Assembly: GCA_051439425.1 (NCBI GenBank)
Contig: JBFRWD010000123.1
Span: 38,052-102,051 of the forward strand
Source of the DNA: Synechococcus sp.
GTDB taxonomy: Bacteria; Cyanobacteriota; Cyanobacteriia; Thermostichales; PCC-7336
Reading direction: 5' to 3'
DNA length: 64,000 nucleotides
The translations under genes and the position numbers were made by a program. The notes beneath the pieces are model-generated. The model searched no databases, was not told the DNA's origin, and was given only the letters and a program-made list of their open reading frames with translations. Positions 22,148 through 32,502 of this stretch are shown one piece after another; positions within the stretch are counted from its first letter, which is position 1, and every line of letters starts with the position of its first letter.

Positions 22148-22525
22148 TTACTTCAATAGGTTCCATCCGGCAATCGCCAAACATCCCCAACCCGCCATAA
22201 ATGCCAAACCACCAATGGGTGCAACAGCCCCCAAAATTTTTACTCCAGATAGGCTGAGGGTATAGAGAGAACCGCTGAAAAAGATAATGCCGGCGATAAA
22301 TAGAGCACCTGTCGCAGATAGTAGACTGCTCTCTCCAGTTACCTGAAGCAGGATGCCCACCCCCACCAGCCCGAGAGCATGGTACATCTGGTAGCGAGCA
22401 CCGGTCTCAAATGACGATAGGGCTTTTTCCGATAGCTGATCGGCAAGAGCATGGGCACCAAAAGCTCCTGCTGCTACCGATAAGCCTCCTAACAATGCTC
22501 CAATCAACACAAACCAACGCGCCAT
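22148..22525 (-). CDS. DUF423 membrane protein
   Basis: GAFGAH, YQMYHAL, FSGSLY, PIGG. Confidence 0.92.
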   Translation of the reverse strand: MARWFVLIGALLGGLSVAAGAFGAHALADQLSEKALSSFETGARYQMYHALGLVGVGILLQVTGESSLLSATGALFIAGIIFFSGSLYTLSLSGVKILGAVAPIGGLAFMAGWGCLAIAGWNLLK

Positions 22526-22683
22526 TTTAATCCTCTTGATTCAGTAAGTCGTTTTTCGTTCATTTCGTCGCTTTTGCCACATTCGTGCCGAATAATCGCA
22601 ACCCCCAAGTTGTCATAAGTCCGAGAACCTACTGTGAGTACCACTAACTCGTGCAACGCCAATAGCCCAACATCATCGAAAGC

Positions 22684-23289
22684 TTACGCGGTGTTGTGGC
22701 AGGAACCAACAGCATTTCGAATTGTTGCAGCGATATCTTCATAGGCAGAATCGCTCAAAACAGGATGGCTACCGTCTAGATTTATGTCTTTTTCCAGAGC
22801 GATCCACGAACGGCATCCTCCATAGGCTGACAAATACGGAATGCTAACTGAAGATGGCAATCTGTATGTTCGTAATAGCAGGAGATACAAAGGTTGATGC
22901 GGTTTCCAGTTCATCCGTTCACTGACAAACCTTTGATTCCAGACGTGAAAGGGAAGCACGCGATCTAGACTTGCCTGGTTGCGAACGGGCAAAATGGTGT
23001 CGATGGTTGCCCATGCGGACAATTCAATCCTGTCAGGATGCCACCCAGCTTTTGCGACCTGAACATCTTCGGCGTAGTGTGTTTTGAGCAAGTGGGGTTT
23101 CTGGTGCTCGACGGTAGGATATAACAGTATGTGATTGCTACGGACGCGAAATTGCCCCCCTTCCTCGCGAATTCCCCCTTTCCGCAACAATAAAATCGTG
23201 TCTCCGTCAACAAGCGCTTGAACCGCCACAGTCCATTCCTTCAAAGCCGTCTTCAAGAAAGGTGGAAATCGCTCGACGCTTGTCTGCAT
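22684..23289 (-). CDS. DUF1802 family protein
   Basis: ALKEW, LLRKGGIRE, LYPTVEHQ, YGGCRSWI. Confidence 0.9.
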   Translation of the reverse strand: MQTSVERFPPFLKTALKEWTVAVQALVDGDTILLLRKGGIREEGGQFRVRSNHILLYPTVEHQKPHLLKTHYAEDVQVAKAGWHPDRIELSAWATIDTILPVRNQASLDRVLPFHVWNQRFVSERMNWKPHQPLYLLLLRTYRLPSSVSIPYLSAYGGCRSWIALEKDINLDGSHPVLSDSAYEDIAATIRNAVGSCHNTA

Positions 23290-23368
23290 GACTTTAGAAA
23301 TTAAATAATATTTATCATCAAGCACGATAATAGCCCCCAAGCCAGATCGCTACTGGGCTGAAATAGCC

Positions 23369-24457
23369 TTATAAATACAGACTGGATTGGGGAAGTCCCT
23401 CCGTCTCAGGCCAGCCTTGCATGATATTCAGACACTGAATCGCTTGTCCTGCCTGCCCTTTTATAGAGTTGTCAATCGCAGCTACTACCACCAGTTGATT
23501 GGTACGAGTATCTAACGTCAACCCAATCGAGCACCGATTAGTTCCAGCTGTCCATTTTGTCTGTGGAAACGTACCGCTAGGCAAAATTTGTACCCAAGGA
23601 GATTGCTTGTAATAAGCCCGGTAAATGGTCAGTAAATCGTCATTCTCCAGTCCGGGATCTCGAAGGGTGACGTATACCGTCGTGAGTAACCCACGCACCA
23701 TCGGCACTAAGTAAGAGGCAAACTGGACAATGGTTGGCTGCCCGGTTAGTTCGCTGTATACCTGCTCGATTTCAGGAATTTGGCGGTGTTGCAAAATGCT
23801 ATCCACCCGCAGGGTATTCTCCACTGCGACCCACGGGCCATTCCGGTCAGCAACAAAATTTTCCGTGGCAGACATGCCCACCTTCGCATCAATAGCAATT
23901 CGATCTGGGTCGATAAATCCTTGGCGAAGCAGCGGAGCGATCGCCAACACACTAGCCGTGGCGTGGCATCCTGGCACCGCAACGAGCGAGGCAGATTGCA
24001 ATTGGTCTCGATACAGTTCAGGCAATCCATACACAGCTTGCTGATTGGTCTGCTGATGGATGGGAGATGGCCACTCTCCATCTTCAGATAGGTGAGCACC
24101 ATACCAAGTGCGATAGTCTTCCAAATTCCGCAGACGGTAATCTGCCGACAGGTCAATCACTTTGCAACCTCGATCGAGGAGATCGGGTATCCATCTGGCC
24201 GCTTCTCCATCTGGCAAGGCGAAAAACACCAAATCGCAAGAACGTGCCAGTGCGGCAATGTCTACTGACTCAACAAATAGGTCCAGAGTGTTCCAAAAGC
24301 GAGGATAGAGCTGCGAATAAAGAGAGCCCGAGTGAACGAGATCGGCAATAGCTGACAGGTGAAGATTTGGGCATCGCAGCAATAGCTGCACGAGCTGCAG
24401 GCTGCCAAACCCGGAGACTCCAACCACTCCCACGCGGAGTTTTTTTTGCTTATCCAT
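23369..24457 (-). CDS. argC: N-acetyl-gamma-glutamyl-phosphate reductase-like protein (divergent)
   Basis: DLSADYR, YGLPEL, PGC, PMVRG, KGQAGQA; several conserved motifs are altered. Confidence 0.8.
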   Translation of the reverse strand: MDKQKKLRVGVVGVSGFGSLQLVQLLLRCPNLHLSAIADLVHSGSLYSQLYPRFWNTLDLFVESVDIAALARSCDLVFFALPDGEAARWIPDLLDRGCKVIDLSADYRLRNLEDYRTWYGAHLSEDGEWPSPIHQQTNQQAVYGLPELYRDQLQSASLVAVPGCHATASVLAIAPLLRQGFIDPDRIAIDAKVGMSATENFVADRNGPWVAVENTLRVDSILQHRQIPEIEQVYSELTGQPTIVQFASYLVPMVRGLLTTVYVTLRDPGLENDDLLTIYRAYYKQSPWVQILPSGTFPQTKWTAGTNRCSIGLTLDTRTNQLVVVAAIDNSIKGQAGQAIQCLNIMQGWPETEGLPQSSLYL

Positions 24458-24712
24458 GTACGATTTGAACCACTCAAGCATGCTCTTCGCGTACTTGGGT
24501 CACCGTTCTCTTGCACTCAGTAACTGGCTATGAGGTCTAGGACGGTAACAATGAAGCCGCAATCTGGACTCACCATAGTTCATGGTGTTCAGTTGCGGCT
24601 GACTGCATTACTGGTTTCTGCTCAACTTAAGGCTTTATTTGCTTAAGGCCACACGTTTGAAAACAAGCGTTGACTGGAGCACCGCCTAACAAGGCAAAAG
24701 AAGGAAAACAGA

Positions 24713-25591
24713 TCAGTGCTCGATCGCTCCCCCCACACCTATTTCAGTTGTTCCGTTTTCACTAGCAACTGGTCTGCTTCCGTTCAACATGGTTTCTGGA
24801 TCGACAGCCACACCATTACGCCGAATTTCAAAGTGCAAGTGAGGCCCCGTACTTCGCCCAGTGCTGCCTCGGGTCATGATGGATTGCCCGCGAGAGACGC
24901 GGTCGCCGACATCCACCAAAATTTGTTGACCATGTGCGTACAGTGTCGTCATTCCATTGGGATGGGAGATATCCACCCGATAGCCGTATCCTCCTCGATC
25001 CCAACCGGCAAAGGAAACCACACCATCCATGGCAGCCTCTATAGGAGTTCCCACTGGCCCCGCAATATCCAGACCGCGATGCATCCGTCCCCATCGCCAT
25101 CCATACCGAGAACTGATAGAGCCAGTAACCGGCCAATGCAAGTTAGAGTCAAAATCTTGTGGCAACATTCGCAGGGCTGCTGTGCGCCACCCGCGATCGG
25201 CTCCGGTTGAAAAATCGGGATGAACCATCACGCTAGGAACCCACGGAAGTGTAACTTCTTCGCCCTGAGGGATAGATGCGGGTAAGGTCTCTCCATTCAC
25301 TGCCTGTACGGCAGCAACCGTGACACCATATCGACTGGCGATTTGTTCGAGCGTGTCTCCGGTTTCGGCAACGTAGATGGGGTTGCGATCGCTGTTGGGT
25401 GAGGCGATCACGCTTGAGCTGCCCACTAGCGATACCGTTATCGCCAGTGCGGCCATCACACCACCCAATATCCCGTTTCCAATCCCCAATGCTGGAAGAC
25501 TAGATGGGGATGACTCTCTTGCGTGCAACTTGTTGGCAGCTTCAACGACAGCAGACGTATCTGCTGCGTCAGGTGGAATGAAACTCAACAC
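24713..25591 (-). CDS. LysM plus M23 peptidoglycan metallopeptidase
   Basis: GDTLEQIASRYGV (LysM); HRGLD, YAH, STGPHLHFE. Confidence 0.93.
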   Translation of the reverse strand: MLSFIPPDAADTSAVVEAANKLHARESSPSSLPALGIGNGILGGVMAALAITVSLVGSSSVIASPNSDRNPIYVAETGDTLEQIASRYGVTVAAVQAVNGETLPASIPQGEEVTLPWVPSVMVHPDFSTGADRGWRTAALRMLPQDFDSNLHWPVTGSISSRYGWRWGRMHRGLDIAGPVGTPIEAAMDGVVSFAGWDRGGYGYRVDISHPNGMTTLYAHGQQILVDVGDRVSRGQSIMTRGSTGRSTGPHLHFEIRRNGVAVDPETMLNGSRPVASENGTTEIGVGGAIEH

Positions 25592-25783
25592 ACCGAACTC
25601 CTGAGGTATTAGGCTGCGATGGCTACGGCAAAACGCGATCGCAGCGGACTGTTGTTTATAGTCCTATCCTCAAAATGGTTGTTTGGCACGCTATATGTAG
25701 AGTCCAAGACGATTTTCTTTAGGACCGAGCCGTATATGTGGACATCGCCTAGGCTCCTAGTGTGATTTGTATCTGACCACAAC

Positions 25784-25821
25784 AAAAAACCTCCAGCTTC
25801 CGAATCGGAAAACTGGAGGTT
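25784..25821 (-). terminator. Intrinsic terminator of the pilin operon
   Basis: AACCTCCAG...CTGGAGGTT stem with an A-run on + (U-tract on -), about 20 nt after the PilX-like stop. Confidence 0.75.
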
Positions 25822-25840
25822 GCAGCTAGATGAGAAGAGG

Positions 25841-28165
25841 TTAGCGATCGAAGTTTCGTACAAACAGTTCTTGTCTCAACACGACAAATCGAGGAGATAA
25901 AGGCGGCAAGCCGCTAGCGCTGTTGAAGTTTAGTTCGTAGTTCCAGTCACGAGTAGGAGGTCTATATTGCTGACTACCCCAATTTCCGTCTGCAAAACGC
26001 GGGTTACCGAGACTAACAAGCGACCCGCGATAAAAGTTGTCAATACCACCCCAATCTTCATGGAATCGAGGATAGTTCTCCAATCCACCACCATATGAAC
26101 CACCAGGACTACCTTCAACACCGGTAGTCTCAGTACCAGCTAAGAAGGCTGAATAAATGGTGTTCTGCGTCGCGCCAGGACCACGACCATAGTTGTAGCG
26201 CCCATCATCTAACCAGATATTCCAATTCTCAGACAAGACATTCATCGAGTCTGCAAGCAATGCAGCCGGGTAGCGATTGTTTAAATCATCATTGAGCGTT
26301 CCAGTTGCAGGATCGGGATCGCATCCATCTTCGTAGCCATCGACGTCACCATCGTTGGTATTTGCCGCAGTCTCTCCTACGAAGCGACGGCGGCAATTGT
26401 AGTTTCCTACCGTGTAGATGGCTTGATCCGAAACGATAGTTAGTCCCACTAGTTCGGGTGTAGTGGGATCGGCAGCTAGATAAGCGTCCGAAACATCTAA
26501 TGTGTCTGCATTCCAGAGACGTATCCCAAGATTATTGGGAGTGCCTGGTGTCTTGCCGGCCATGGGATTGGACGAAGATGGATCGTCCGCAATGGTCATG
26601 TGAATAACCAACCCACCCTCAGTATCATCGCTAAGCTCTGTACCGGTCATTAGATCTTGAGCATCAATGCAATCGAAAAGCTGACGAACATTCACGTCCA
26701 TCAGGATCATGTCCTCATTTTCTCGTACGTTACGAAACTGACCTGGATACATTAGATCCTCAGTATTTGCAGCCATATAATTCGCGTCGCCGTCACGAAG
26801 TGGTTCGTTATTCAACTCGAGGCGAACTTGACCAGCAGCACCAGCAGGATCGGAGGATAGGTCCACCATCCTATAGTCGCGTCCACGCTGGTATCGTTCC
26901 TGGTCGCTAGGATCGGTTTCATTACTGTAGTAAACCCGAGTTCTCAGAGGGTTACCTGTAGTATCTACAACTGGATCTCCTTCGTTAGCCCCCCCTACAT
27001 AAATTGGTGGAAGCAGTACGTTTTGATTTGGATGTCCGGGCTGGGGGGCCAAACAAGCATTCAAATTGGTTGTAGCTATGGCGTCAAGACTACCATTTGT
27101 ATTGCGAATCTCAGGACGAATAAAATTGCCATCAACCAATACAGAGGTGCCGTCAAATTTCTGAAGCCCAGAGGGTGCATCAATATTAAGAACTATCCTT
27201 AAATCCGCTTGGCTCCAATACTCTGCATCGGGGTTACCAGGATCTGGATCAAATGCTTGAATGGGTGGTAGCTGCAACGCTTCAATTTCAACATCAATTT
27301 GTCCGTTGGAAGCACTCACCTCAGCATCCGTATTGGCAGAAATAGGCCCACGTCGTCCAGAGGCACATGTAACAGGGTACGAAGCAGCAGCTAAAGTTAC
27401 GCTGACGTTTCCTCCACAGCTAGAGTTATTCTTGCGACCACGATATAAGTCTCCCGCAACAGTTACTTCACCATCAATAGTGAGGCGGTTTCCCGCATTG
27501 AGATAAAGATCGCCATTGGTATGAACTCTTCCCCGCAAATCGAATGCAGGACCAGGCAGAATTTCAAGATCGTTCTCGTAAAACGCGGCAAATTGAAAAA
27601 GCGGAATTAAGCGACTGCGAAATACCATTTGCAAAATAGCCTGAGGATTATCTTCCCCAACGCGAGTTGCTTCAGAAAATGCACTATAGCGATACTCTTG
27701 AGCATTTAAGAATGCAAACTCTTCACCTGCTGGAATCTGAATAGATACAGGAGGATCGGTTGGATTCCCACTTTGCCTAACAAGATAGGACTCTATATCG
27801 TAATTATTAAAGTTTAGGTTTTGACAAATGAAGTCACCCGCACCTTCATTCCCAACAGAACAGGGATCGCCATTGACATCAGGTTGAGTCCCGGCAGGTA
27901 AGTTAAATCCCTGAAATATCTGCCTAACGGTTTCAGCTCTAATGTTTAGACCGGCCTCGGCTGCATCAAATCCATAACCACTATTTAAAGACGCTAGAGA
28001 TGTAGAGGTTTCAATACTAGTCAGCGTGTAGTAAGCAGCAAGTAAAGAGGTAATAACTATTGTTGCGCTGACAGCCAGTAATACAGCATAGCCACGATCC
28101 CGGTTTCGGGATGACACGTGCATGAGAAGTTTTGGCAATAGATTTGGCTGGAGAGGAGCTTTCAT
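25841..28165 (-). CDS. PilX/HpsA-like large minor pilin
   Basis: Prepilin-like RG|YAVLL without Glu5; AAEAGLN; C-terminal GGLENYPRFHEDW...PPTRDWNY. Confidence 0.75.
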   Translation of the reverse strand: MKAPLQPNLLPKLLMHVSSRNRDRGYAVLLAVSATIVITSLLAAYYTLTSIETSTSLASLNSGYGFDAAEAGLNIRAETVRQIFQGFNLPAGTQPDVNGDPCSVGNEGAGDFICQNLNFNNYDIESYLVRQSGNPTDPPVSIQIPAGEEFAFLNAQEYRYSAFSEATRVGEDNPQAILQMVFRSRLIPLFQFAAFYENDLEILPGPAFDLRGRVHTNGDLYLNAGNRLTIDGEVTVAGDLYRGRKNNSSCGGNVSVTLAAASYPVTCASGRRGPISANTDAEVSASNGQIDVEIEALQLPPIQAFDPDPGNPDAEYWSQADLRIVLNIDAPSGLQKFDGTSVLVDGNFIRPEIRNTNGSLDAIATTNLNACLAPQPGHPNQNVLLPPIYVGGANEGDPVVDTTGNPLRTRVYYSNETDPSDQERYQRGRDYRMVDLSSDPAGAAGQVRLELNNEPLRDGDANYMAANTEDLMYPGQFRNVRENEDMILMDVNVRQLFDCIDAQDLMTGTELSDDTEGGLVIHMTIADDPSSSNPMAGKTPGTPNNLGIRLWNADTLDVSDAYLAADPTTPELVGLTIVSDQAIYTVGNYNCRRRFVGETAANTNDGDVDGYEDGCDPDPATGTLNDDLNNRYPAALLADSMNVLSENWNIWLDDGRYNYGRGPGATQNTIYSAFLAGTETTGVEGSPGGSYGGGLENYPRFHEDWGGIDNFYRGSLVSLGNPRFADGNWGSQQYRPPTRDWNYELNFNSASGLPPLSPRFVVLRQELFVRNFDR

Positions 28166-28179
28166 TAGGCTGACCTAGT

Positions 28180-29178
28180 TTAGAAGGAGAGGACGTTTCT
28201 GGGGAAAAATCGAGATTCTACTGTTCGTGAGGTATCGCGGCCGGCAGCAAAATCTTTAGAGCTTGTAACACTGACATCAATAGAGGAAATATCGGTCCAG
28301 CCAGTGACAGAATTGGCAGCTTCTGAAAAGGTCAAACTCTCTACGCAGGCACCTCCAGACTGAAGACAAACTTGAACTTGAAAATCATCCATATCATTGG
28401 TCAGCCCAAAGCGCTGATTGGTACAATCGCCGTTGATTACTAGAGTCAAAAACTCTCCTGCTTCGGAACACATTGCGGGATCTGGATTGAGGCTACTAAG
28501 AAAAAACTGTCGCTCCTCCATTAAATAAAGTCGGGGTGCGTTAACAACAGGATAGTCATTTGTCCACCCCCCTCCACTTCTCGATATTGTAAAGTTTCCT
28601 GTGTCTGCAGAGTCATAAGAAAAGAATTCACCCACTCGATTTATTGGATCGTAAATATATGCATCTATCATTCCACCATTGTCATTTCTTAGTGTTTCCC
28701 ACACTCCAATTTCACTGAGTTTGACCGCATCAGGCAAACATCTTAGATTAGCCGGATCTGATGGGACAATTGCAACATCCACATCACTTGTGCTGCCTGA
28801 ATTTACATCGTTACAAACGTTGAGTACAATATCCGAAATCGAGCGGTAGACTACAAGCGTATCTGATCCTGCAGGGTTTCCTGCCTCATTCAGCACCACA
28901 GCAGGAAAGTCATCTGGAAGCCTTTCACCTGCTTGTCTGACATCAAATCCAACCAAATCTATGGCTGCTCTAATATTTTGGTTGACTTGGGTTCTGGAAG
29001 AGTCTTTTAAATATAAATTTCGATTGGAGAAAACAATCGTAGATGCAACTCCAATTACACTTGATGCGACAATCGTAGCGACAAGAAGCTCGACGAGAGA
29101 AAAACCACGGACACTACTACTTCTGCATTGAAATAATTTATGTCGATTACTGGCTTCCGATTTTGTTGACTTTTTCAT
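28180..29178 (-). CDS. PilW-like minor pilin
   Basis: G|FSLVELLV, DVRQAG, C-terminal PRN. Confidence 0.85.
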   Translation of the reverse strand: MKKSTKSEASNRHKLFQCRSSSVRGFSLVELLVATIVASSVIGVASTIVFSNRNLYLKDSSRTQVNQNIRAAIDLVGFDVRQAGERLPDDFPAVVLNEAGNPAGSDTLVVYRSISDIVLNVCNDVNSGSTSDVDVAIVPSDPANLRCLPDAVKLSEIGVWETLRNDNGGMIDAYIYDPINRVGEFFSYDSADTGNFTISRSGGGWTNDYPVVNAPRLYLMEERQFFLSSLNPDPAMCSEAGEFLTLVINGDCTNQRFGLTNDMDDFQVQVCLQSGGACVESLTFSEAANSVTGWTDISSIDVSVTSSKDFAAGRDTSRTVESRFFPRNVLSF

Positions 29179-29228
29179 TCCAATACCTTGCTTTTGTCGC
29201 TGCTGATTAAATGACTGACTATGTTGAT

Positions 29229-29651
29229 TTAGAGATCGGTAAATACTGTTTGAGTCGAGTAAAGAAGGCGATCGTCATCATTTGGATCGCTAACCTCAAC
29301 TTGAATGACCCGCTGCGTTACATTACACAAATCAGGTCCGGCCGCTGGACAATAGGTAATTTGAACGTCATATGCTTTGCCATCAATTGTTTCTGGTTGA
29401 GCAGGAGTCTCGACTGCTCCACCATTGGGCAATAGAGTGACATCTCTTAAGCGCAACTCGTCAATCACCTTGCGACCGATAGATGCTGCATCACCGCGAG
29501 CCTGAAGTCTTCTATTAGCTTGAGTTAAGCGAATGAATCCATTACTGGCTGTGGCAATTAAGATAAACATGATTGCCAAGCCAGCAATTGCCTCTATCAG
29601 ACTAAATCCTTCTTCTTGGCGACGCTTACCAGAAATGCAGCTAATCTTCAT
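29229..29651 (-). CDS. PilV-like minor pilin
   Basis: G|FSLIEAI plus hydrophobic helix; Cys pair. Confidence 0.85.
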   Translation of the reverse strand: MKISCISGKRRQEEGFSLIEAIAGLAIMFILIATASNGFIRLTQANRRLQARGDAASIGRKVIDELRLRDVTLLPNGGAVETPAQPETIDGKAYDVQITYCPAAGPDLCNVTQRVIQVEVSDPNDDDRLLYSTQTVFTDL

Positions 29652-29720
29652 GTTATTTCTCTCAAAAACTGAACCAAGAACTGAATTGATTGGCGAAATA
29701 GTCAAGCCGCAATTCATCAA

Positions 29721-31244
29721 TTACTGATAAATCATCATGTCAGAGAAATCTGCTGTTGCCGTATCGTTATTCTCGTGTGAAGTTACAGCCATACCCACAT
29801 GAATTGTGTCGGGCATATTATTTAATGTGACACTATTTCCGACAGACACCCAATTTATTCCATCTTCGGAAGCAAATCCTGAGAATGTATTTCCGGTTCT
29901 CTCCAACATGATCCAACCAGGAGCAGGAGAAGAACCACCTAGCGATGTATTCTTTGCGCTGGCGCTATTACCACCTGTTGAACCACGGTGTTGGAAAGAA
30001 TATCCCCCACCGCCATTCGAAACCAGCATGTGGGAATGCCTAGAGTCCGCGTCCAAAGATTCCCTCATCATGATTCCGGCTTTTGCCCATGGATGATCGC
30101 CATTGAGTGAGGTTACTTGGGCAATAATCGTTGCATCTCCTGTAATTTCCGTAGAGACAAAGTGAAATTCATCCGATTGATTCCAAATGTCCCTACCACC
30201 CGCTTCAAAACTTAAAGCACCGGTGTCTGGGTCGAAATTATGGCTTCCAGGATTGTTTGGGCCTCCGATATCTCCACCACTGGCTCCAGACCAAGGATCG
30301 GACAATGCGCTTCGTGTATTGCCACTACTATCTGTAATTGTTGTGCCGAGTACTGAGCTTGATTGGCCGCCTGAATTAGTATCTCCAGAATCTGTATTCC
30401 CAGAATCTGTATTCCCAGAATCTGTACTGCCAGAACCTGTAGTACCGCCGGTGCCACTAGTATCACCTCCGGTCGTATCGCCAGAACCGCTGGTATCGCC
30501 GCCCGAGTCTGAGGTGTCACCTGAGCTAGAGCCACCCGAATCAGAGTTGCCTGAGTAGTTGCTACCTGCTGCATCAGTGGCGTAGTTATTAGCGTTCCAG
30601 TTCGATCCTGAGAAAGGAGAGCTACTGCTTGACGAACCACCGGATGTGGATTCTGTTGTAGTGCCACTTCCTGTGCCGTCACCGGTAGATGTACTGGCGA
30701 TCGCATTTAATGTCGGAATGCTATCTGTAAAGCTATTTGAGATTACACCTCCCAAGAGAACTGCTACCTGGGAAGTAGTTGTATTTCCATCTTCTGTGAG
30801 CGACAAATTTGCGGCCCCGGCAGTGTTGCTCAATCCGCGGCTATTGAAGCAAATCTGCCAACCGCCATTGGCTAGCTGTACGCCATCGTCTAAAGCTATA
30901 TCCAGATTAGGTTGATCCACCCAAGCTCCAGCAGGAGAAGCACAATTAGGCGCGCACTGCACTGACAGGGCTGTTGTTGGATTGTCTGGGTCGGGCTGAA
31001 CAGTACACGCTGAGGTTGTAGCCATTGCCCTTGCACGAGCTTGCTTAAACGCCCCTTCCACGTCGTTAGTTGCAGTGCGAAGAGGCTCACGCTGGTTCAT
31101 GAGGGTAAGTCCACCAATGCCAAGCAAGATTGAAACGATCGCGACACCTGCGAGCAACTCTGGCAGAGTAAATCCTTGCTGGCTGAAGCCTTGGTGCGAT
31201 GACACTTTTTGCGATGGGGAGAGAAGACGGGAATGATTCAACAT
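29721..31244 (-). CDS. FimT/GspH-like pilin fused through an S/G/T/D linker to a DUF1349/ConA-like beta-sandwich
   Basis: G|FTLPELL, ARARAM, CFNSRG; low-complexity linker; GRDIWNQSDEFHF, WAKAGIMMRES, SEDGINW, VGMAVTSH. Confidence 0.8.
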   Translation of the reverse strand: MLNHSRLLSPSQKVSSHQGFSQQGFTLPELLAGVAIVSILLGIGGLTLMNQREPLRTATNDVEGAFKQARARAMATTSACTVQPDPDNPTTALSVQCAPNCASPAGAWVDQPNLDIALDDGVQLANGGWQICFNSRGLSNTAGAANLSLTEDGNTTTSQVAVLLGGVISNSFTDSIPTLNAIASTSTGDGTGSGTTTESTSGGSSSSSSPFSGSNWNANNYATDAAGSNYSGNSDSGGSSSGDTSDSGGDTSGSGDTTGGDTSGTGGTTGSGSTDSGNTDSGNTDSGDTNSGGQSSSVLGTTITDSSGNTRSALSDPWSGASGGDIGGPNNPGSHNFDPDTGALSFEAGGRDIWNQSDEFHFVSTEITGDATIIAQVTSLNGDHPWAKAGIMMRESLDADSRHSHMLVSNGGGGYSFQHRGSTGGNSASAKNTSLGGSSPAPGWIMLERTGNTFSGFASEDGINWVSVGNSVTLNNMPDTIHVGMAVTSHENNDTATADFSDMMIYQ

Positions 31245-31569
31245 GAGCGGAACCCAAGCAATTAGAAGTACAGCGTGAAGCGAATCAACCTGAGGACATG
31301 AGAAGTCGCATTGAACGCATCTAGCTCAATCCATTCCGTCGCGTGAAATGTCTAAAATCACTCCGATCAAGAGTCAATTCACACAACACACCATGCCGAT
31401 TGCACCCAAAGATTACCCACTGCCCGTATAAACAATTTCACGCCCAGATCGTTTTTGAGGAGGAATATTCCGTGCAAATACGTAGTCCCTGTTTGCGATG
31501 AATACGTGGTTGTCTGCATTTTTCTGTATACGTATGAATCTGGAAGCAGCTGGCACTGGACAGAAATTA

Positions 31570-32398
31570 GGGCGTGTCATCAGTTAAGCCAGATAACGGA
31601 AGCTGCTAATTATATTGCTCCAAGGAAGTAAAGAGCGGTTTTGTCGTAGCGAGTAGCAATGGCTCGGTACTGCTTAAGCTTGGCAAAAAAGTTCTCGATC
31701 GAATGACGAGCTTTGTAGAGATGCTTGTCATTAGAGTGGGGAGATTTGCGATTGGACTTGGGTGGAATCACCGCTACACATCCCTTTGCTTTCAATCGCT
31801 GACGGACACGCTCATTGGCCTCGTAGGCTTTGTCCCTAAGCACCGCCTCCACCTCGTCATCCAGTTTCTCTAGCAAGACATCAGAGCCCTGCAAATCATT
31901 CCATTGCCTAGCGGTGAGGCGAAAACCTGTCAGGTTTCCCAAGGCATCGCAAGTGGCATAAATCTTGGTGCTCAACCCTCCTTGACTTCGTCCGATCGCT
32001 TGCTCGATTCCATCTTTTTGGGGGCTCCAGCACTCTGTTGATGGGCGCGCACAATGGTGGCATGAACCATGGCGTATTCGTTATCTGCATCTTCGGCCAA
32101 CACCTTAACTATCTTTTCCCACACACCGCTGCGATTCCAACGGCTACAGCGAGTGTGGACCACTCGAAAATCTCCAAAGCGCTCCGGTCAGTCCCGCCAG
32201 GGTATCCCTGCCCGATAGCGGTACAGGACGGCACCCACAAACAGTTGATTGTCCTTGGCTCTGCCACCCACATGCCCTTCGCGTCCAGGGAGAAAGTCCG
32301 TTATGCGTCCCCATTGAGGGTCCCACAGCCCTAAGCGACGCATCTCACACCTCGTTTAGGGCTCTTTATGACACATTTGTTTGACTGATGACACGCCC
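31570..32398 (-). mobile_element. IS5-family (IS427-like) insertion sequence, 829 bp, inactivated
   Basis: TIRs GGGCGTGTCATCAGT(T/C)AA, TA on both flanks, transposase motifs. Confidence 0.9.
31580..32343 (-). pseudogene. IS5-family transposase with nonsense mutations
   Basis: MRRLGL...GIPWRD*PERFG; TIVRAHQ; DKAY; IENFFAKLKQYRAIATRYDKTA; GAI*LAASVIWLN. Confidence 0.88.
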
Positions 32399-32502
32399 TA
32401 GATCGCGACGAGCAGATGCCATCAAAACAGGGCAACGCTTCAGCAAGCCTAGTAGACAACGAGTCACACATCGCTTTTCCGCCGAAGCAACATCAATCAA
32501 AT

